Part shown: positions 56,466 through 60,626 of the stretch, one piece after another | Layout of the letters: every line of letters begins with the position of its first letter | Position numbering within the stretch: position 1 is the stretch's first letter | From: Acidobacteriota bacterium | Lineage (GTDB): Bacteria > Acidobacteriota > Thermoanaerobaculia > Multivoradales > J023 | Length of the DNA: 60,626 nucleotides | Assembly: GCA_038747035.1 (NCBI GenBank) | Contig: JBCDKB010000002.1 | Span: forward strand, 1-60,626 | Direction: 5' to 3' | Program-made: the position numbers and the translations under genes | Notes under the pieces: model-generated | Seen by the model: only the letters and a program-made list of their open reading frames with translations | What the model was told of the DNA's origin: nothing | The model's database searches: none

Positions 56466-57599
56466 GTGATCAACTTCAAAGTCGACAACCTGCTGATGCG
56501 CATGCTGAAGGCGGGCAAGAATATCTCTGACCTCAACCTGTCCTCGGGCCGACCGCCGCAGGTGGAGCTCGACGGCAAGCTGAAGGGCGTGGAGATCAAG
56601 GGGCTGCAAGAGCTGACGCCGTACCACACCGAGGCCATCGCCATGGGACTGATGCGCGGTGAACGCAAGCACCTGGAGGACCTTAGTAAGCGGGGCTCGG
56701 TCGATCTGTCGTACGCGATCCCGGGCGTCACGCGATTTCGCGTCAACATCTTCTACCAGCGGGGCACCCTGGCTTCGGTGCTGCGGGTGATTCCCCAGGG
56801 TGTGCCGAGCCTGGCCGACCTGAAGCTGCCGGAGGAGCTCGGCAGGGTCGGCCAGCTGAAGAACGGTATCGTGCTGGTCACCGGCCCGACGGGCTCGGGC
56901 AAGTCGACCACGCTCGCCGCGATCATCAACGACATCAACGAAAAGCAGGCGGTGCACATCGTGACCGCCGAGGATCCGATCGAGTACCTGCACCCCAACA
57001 AGCTCGCCACGGTCAACCAGCGAGAAGTCGGGGCCGACTGCCCGAGCTTCGCCCTCGCCCTCCGCGCCGCCCTGCGCCAGGCGCCGAAGGTGATCCTGGT
57101 CGGCGAAATGCGCGACCTCGAGACCATCGAAACCGCCTTCGAGGCGGCGGAGACCGGCCACCTGGTGCTTTCGACGCTGCACACGATCGATGCGTCGAAG
57201 ACCGTGGACCGCGTCATCGGCGTCTTCCCGCGGGAGCAGCACCAGCAGGTGCGGACGCGCTTCGCACAGACTTTCAAATACGTCATTTCGCAGCGCCTGC
57301 TGCCCAAGCTCGGCGGCGGCCGCACCGCGGCGATCGAGATCATGAAGTCGACCTTCCGAACGAGGGATTACATCAACAAGGGTGAGGGCGAAGGGCGTTC
57401 TCTGATCGACGCGATTAAAGACGGCGACCAGGACGGCATGCAGGACTTCGACGGCGTGCTCGAAAATATGATCCGCGCCCGCACCATCGACCGCGAAGTC
57501 GGCCTCGCCTACGCCACCAATCCCGGCAATCTCGAGCTCGAGATCGCCGACCTCAATCCCCAAGGCGACGATAGCGTGGACCTGGCCGCCGAGGCCTGA
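56466..57599 (+). CDS. pilT: PilT-family type IV pilus retraction ATPase
   Basis: 377-aa ORF with a GTG start and a GGGAGA RBS. It has Walker A GPTGSGKSTT, Walker B/Asp box VILVGEMRD, the His box GHLVLSTLHT, and the PilT-type N-terminal domain. Confidence 0.85.
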   Translation: MINFKVDNLLMRMLKAGKNISDLNLSSGRPPQVELDGKLKGVEIKGLQELTPYHTEAIAMGLMRGERKHLEDLSKRGSVDLSYAIPGVTRFRVNIFYQRGTLASVLRVIPQGVPSLADLKLPEELGRVGQLKNGIVLVTGPTGSGKSTTLAAIINDINEKQAVHIVTAEDPIEYLHPNKLATVNQREVGADCPSFALALRAALRQAPKVILVGEMRDLETIETAFEAAETGHLVLSTLHTIDASKTVDRVIGVFPREQHQQVRTRFAQTFKYVISQRLLPKLGGGRTAAIEIMKSTFRTRDYINKGEGEGRSLIDAIKDGDQDGMQDFDGVLENMIRARTIDREVGLAYATNPGNLELEIADLNPQGDDSVDLAAEA

Positions 57600-57646
57600 C
57601 GCTCCGCCCATCCCCTGACTGCGAGTTTTCGGAGAAACGGCCGCCC

Positions 57647-58339
57647 ATGCGTATCGTCTGCGACCAGTGTTCCCAACCCCTCGACCTGCCGGACGACAAG
57701 ATCCCGCAGCAGCGATTCAGCATCACCTGCCCGACCTGCCACCACAAGATCGTGGTGGACCCGCCCACGGCGCCGCCGGCCGCGGCTCCGACACCGACTC
57801 CGGCGCCAGCGGCCCCTGAGCCGGCGGCGGCCCCGCCCGCCAACGTCGAGCCCCCGGCGCCCGCCGAACCCCAAGATCCGCCCGGACCGCTTCCGCCGCT
57901 GCGCGGCGTCGACCGCGAGCTGGTGGAGTCGATTCCGCAGAGCGCGATTATCGTTCACCACGAGATCGAATCCGACGCGCGCCTCGAGCAAGCCCTCCGC
58001 CAGCTCGACATGCGAGAGATCCACCATCTGCCGAGCGTGTCGGAAGCCTGCGAATTCGTGCAGGAGAACGAAGTGGCCCTGCTCGTGGTCCGCCTGAACA
58101 AGGTACCCGCGCCGCCGTGCCCGCCGCTCGAGCCGGTTTACAAGCTGCCTTTCGACCTCAGGCGCAAGACCTTCGTGGCGGTCATCGCCGAGAACGTCAA
58201 GACGCTCGACGGCCAGGTGGCGTTCTACCTCCAGGTCAACTGCCTCATCCAGGCCGCCGAACCGTCGATCGCCGGCAAGCTCAGGCGTGCGCTCGTTCAC
58301 CACCTGCGCCTCTACCGGCACTGGCACACGGAGGATTAG
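57647..58339 (+). CDS. MJ0042-type zinc-ribbon protein with Pro/Ala-rich linker and receiver-like C-terminal domain lacking the acidic pocket
   Basis: 230-aa ORF. The N-terminus MRIVCDQCSQPLDLPDDKIPQQRFSITCPTCHHKIVV carries CxxC...CxxC. A PAPT-rich linker of about 60 aa follows. The C-terminal alpha/beta pattern is AIIVHHE...VALLVVRLN. Confidence 0.6.
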   Translation: MRIVCDQCSQPLDLPDDKIPQQRFSITCPTCHHKIVVDPPTAPPAAAPTPTPAPAAPEPAAAPPANVEPPAPAEPQDPPGPLPPLRGVDRELVESIPQSAIIVHHEIESDARLEQALRQLDMREIHHLPSVSEACEFVQENEVALLVVRLNKVPAPPCPPLEPVYKLPFDLRRKTFVAVIAENVKTLDGQVAFYLQVNCLIQAAEPSIAGKLRRALVHHLRLYRHWHTED

Positions 58340-58351
58340 CCCGCCCGGACC

Positions 58352-58825
58352 TCAGGCCGAAGCGCTGAGCGCCCGGCGCAGCGCCATCAAGTAGCCGACG
58401 TGGATGCCTTCGTGGAAGCTATTGAACACGATCGCGTCCTCGATCGAATCCAGCTGGACGCCGGCGCTGGTGCCGTAGGGCTTGTAGCCCGTGAAGAGAC
58501 CCGCGTCATAGTCCTCGCGGAGTCGCGTCGCGAGGCCGTGGAGCTGGGCGACGATCTCGTCATAGTCCGGAATCGACGCGTCGGCGGCCCAGTCCCTGGG
58601 GCTGGTGCCTTTGCGGAAGAGCCCCACCCACGCGTCGTCGATGACCATCGGCACGCCGGCCATCTGGTAGCACAGCAGCTGCTGGGTGACGGCGAGGTGC
58701 CCGAGGTGCCACAGCACGTTGTTATTGAAGCCGGTCGGGATACGCACCAGCTCTTCCGGCGGCAGGCCTTGGCTCAAGCCGACGACCAGGCGACGGGTGG
58801 TTTGCAGCATATCGATAGTCTTCAT
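58352..58825 (-). CDS. DinB-superfamily (DinB_2-like) four-helix metal-binding protein
   Basis: The start is set at ATG 58825 (GAGGAG RBS; the track ORF extends to 59041). The His-triad context is WHLGHLAV ... FHEGIHVGYL. Confidence 0.7.
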   Translation of the reverse strand: MKTIDMLQTTRRLVVGLSQGLPPEELVRIPTGFNNNVLWHLGHLAVTQQLLCYQMAGVPMVIDDAWVGLFRKGTSPRDWAADASIPDYDEIVAQLHGLATRLREDYDAGLFTGYKPYGTSAGVQLDSIEDAIVFNSFHEGIHVGYLMALRRALSASA

Positions 58826-59005
58826 GGCGTCTCCTCGGGATTTACGGTTCGAGTCGCAGATCGTGAGAGCTTTCGCGCGACCCCGTGATTCTCTCAAAAG
58901 CCGCCGCCGAAGACCCGGAGGGGGCCAAGATATAGTCAAGGATCTATTCGATTCCCACATCGGCGTCCCGGCCCCCCTGGCGACGCCCCCCCTACGGAGA
59001 AGAGC

Positions 59006-59800
59006 ATGCGACCCTGGCCCTGGACGACGTCCTTTCCCCATGCCCCGGCCTCGCTGTGCCGAAGCGCCGCCTTGGCGCTGGTCGCCGCGGCGCTGCTGAC
59101 CGGCTGTGTCACGAAGAGCGATTACGAGGCCCTACAGGCCGAGCTCGACGCCTGTGAGTCGGCCAAAGCCGAGAGCGAAGCGCAAGTTCAGCAGTGGCAG
59201 CAGCGCTATGACCGCGAATCCGCCCGCTGGACCCAGATCGAGCAGTCGGTGTCGAGCGCCGTTCCCAGCGCGCTCTCCGAGCTCCACCAAGAGCGCGAGC
59301 GCATTCTCGAGCTCGTGCCGGACCAGGTCCAGAACGAAGTGTCGGGTTACCTCGACGAATACTTCAATACGGTCATGGCCGGCTTCGATCGCCTCGCCCG
59401 CGATAACCAGGATCTGAAGGTGGAGGTGCTCGGGCTCACGAAAGCGATGGAAGTCCTCGGGACAGACACCAAGCAGATCGGCCGCGCCATCGACGAGTCC
59501 CTCGCGGACGAGAAGTCCCGCCGGCAGAAGCTCGCCCAGGACCTCGCTGACGTCATCGATTATGTGGTCGAATTCGACCAAACCCGCGTCAACTGCGACA
59601 AATGCCCGGACCGCCTGCGGATGCGCGACAAATACAAGGAGCAGCTGATCGGATTCCACCAGGAGCTGATCGCTGACCTCGCCGGCCTGCAAACCTATGC
59701 CGCCGCCATCCCGGGCCAGACCGACGCCGAGTCGTCTGCGGACGCCGACGGCGGCTCTGGCGAAGGCGACGACGGCGCCGGGGGAAGCCCCGAAGGCTGA
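59006..59800 (+). CDS. Coiled-coil lipoprotein
   Basis: The lipobox is ALLTGC. Long heptad-like Q/E/R-rich helices follow, with an acidic Gly-rich tail. The RBS is GGAGAA. Confidence 0.6.
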   Translation: MRPWPWTTSFPHAPASLCRSAALALVAAALLTGCVTKSDYEALQAELDACESAKAESEAQVQQWQQRYDRESARWTQIEQSVSSAVPSALSELHQERERILELVPDQVQNEVSGYLDEYFNTVMAGFDRLARDNQDLKVEVLGLTKAMEVLGTDTKQIGRAIDESLADEKSRRQKLAQDLADVIDYVVEFDQTRVNCDKCPDRLRMRDKYKEQLIGFHQELIADLAGLQTYAAAIPGQTDAESSADADGGSGEGDDGAGGSPEG

Positions 59801-59855
59801 AGGCGCAGGCCCCGGCTCGGGCTGGAGCTAGCCCTAGGATTTCAGTGCTGCTGGA

Positions 59856-60626
59856 TTAGAGCCCGGGCACGAGGCGGAACGCCGCGATGGCGCTCAGGCG
59901 ACGGTCCTTGGGCAGCGCCTTCGACATCGTCTTGATCGCCCGCTTCCACGCCGGCTGGGCGGTCCAGCGGGCGGCGTCGACGGCCTTGAGCTCGACGTCA
60001 CCCGCGAAGAGCCGCTCCGCGACGTCGGGGCGTAGGGCCCCCTTTTCATCGACGGCGACGGCCCCGATGCCGTCGTCGTCGTTGAAGAGGGCCAGCAGGC
60101 CAAAGCCGGGGTCGCCGTCGTGGGCGGCGGCGGCGAAGAAGGTCGCCCGGCCGCGGTCTCCGTCCTCGAGCTCGGCGAGCACCCCTTCCACCAGGGCGTG
60201 CCCGGACGCGAAGAACTCGAGGTCCTCGTCCGCCACCGCCCGCTCGCGGTCGAACGTCCCCAAGAAACGGGTGCCGCCGGCGACGCCGGGGAGGTGGTCG
60301 ATGAGCGCCTGGGAGCCGAACTCGATCAGCCACGTGCGGTCGCCGCTCTGCGGCTCGCAGCCGAAACCGAAGCGCGCCGCCGCCCGCGTCACGACGTCTT
60401 CGCACAGCGCGTCGAGCTCGGGCGGCACCCGTCCGAGGATGCCCTCGGCCATCCCGGCGCGGTAGGGCTCGCGGTGCAGCTCGTGGTGGGCCGCCGCCCG
60501 CACCCGATCCTGGGACGCGCGGGCGCTGTCGAGGGCGGCTTGGAAGACGTCGAGCGGCGGCGGAGTCGACGCCACGGCCGCCGCGGTAAGCGCGTCCGCC
60601 AGCTGGCGAAGCTCACGCGCCAGGCC
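59856..60626 (-). CDS. C-terminal part of a RapA/HepA-like (SNF2) RNA-polymerase-associated protein; 5' end outside the window
   Basis: The frame stays open to the window edge upstream of the track start. The segment IDHLPGVAGGTRFLGTFDRERAVADEDLEFFASGHALVEGVL resembles, from memory, the RapA C-terminal domain (NHLPGV...TFERD...ED..F...HPL). This is unverified. Confidence 0.45.
   Translation of the reverse strand, partial: GLARELRQLADALTAAAVASTPPPLDVFQAALDSARASQDRVRAAAHHELHREPYRAGMAEGILGRVPPELDALCEDVVTRAAARFGFGCEPQSGDRTWLIEFGSQALIDHLPGVAGGTRFLGTFDRERAVADEDLEFFASGHALVEGVLAELEDGDRGRATFFAAAAHDGDPGFGLLALFNDDDGIGAVAVDEKGALRPDVAERLFAGDVELKAVDAARWTAQPAWKRAIKTMSKALPKDRRLSAIAAFRLVPGL

Overview
The window is a visibly GC-rich bacterial chromosomal segment with strong G/C preference at third codon positions and many long antisense shadow ORFs. 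I support about 42 protein-coding genes. I found no rRNA, tRNA, CRISPR array, transposase or integrase.

Layout:
1. 175-9411 (+): a classical menaquinone operon, in the order polyprenyl-PP synthase, menG/ubiE, menF, menD, menH, menA, menC, menE. Four junctions are 4-nt overlaps. No menB is present in the window.
2. 23077 down to 9396 (-): an envelope block. It holds a thioester alpha-2-macroglobulin, pbpC, a CapD/WbpM-like sugar dehydratase, a GT4 glycosyltransferase, an orphan roughly 290-nt unit ending in a strong intrinsic terminator, and a PLDc_N/TPR membrane protein.
3. 23136-29023: a small beta-barrel OMP and a 1759-aa secreted protein built from repeated PPC-like modules.
4. 29213-34857: a PLP and sulfur amino-acid neighbourhood. 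It holds a class-V aminotransferase, an orphan 111-aa protein, a PatB/MalY C-S lyase, a small membrane protein, and an APC permease with a regulatory tail.
5. 42809 down to 35165 (-): secreted TPR protein, NPPF methyltransferase, double-LamG protein, atypical OYE flavoenzyme, and an exported TPR-CHAT protease. The last three are tightly coupled.
6. murB lies head-to-head with a Ser/Thr kinase carrying about 12 PD40 repeats.
7. 49966 down to 47267 (-): a coupled operon of rhodanese, SufE, SDR and a methyltransferase-like protein.
8. Remaining genes: an MltD-like lytic transglycosylase, OsmC, a GlsB/YeaQ protein, polA, pilT plus a zinc-ribbon protein, a DinB-family protein, a coiled-coil lipoprotein, and a 5'-truncated RapA-like C-terminus at the window edge.

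The best novelty candidates are the LamG/OYE/TPR-CHAT cluster, the giant PPC-array protein next to the A2M/PBP1C pair, the rhodanese-SufE-SDR-MTase operon, and the orphan sORF/sRNA unit.

All family calls come from motifs read by eye. Start codons are inferred from RBS and overlap logic. No similarity search was possible.
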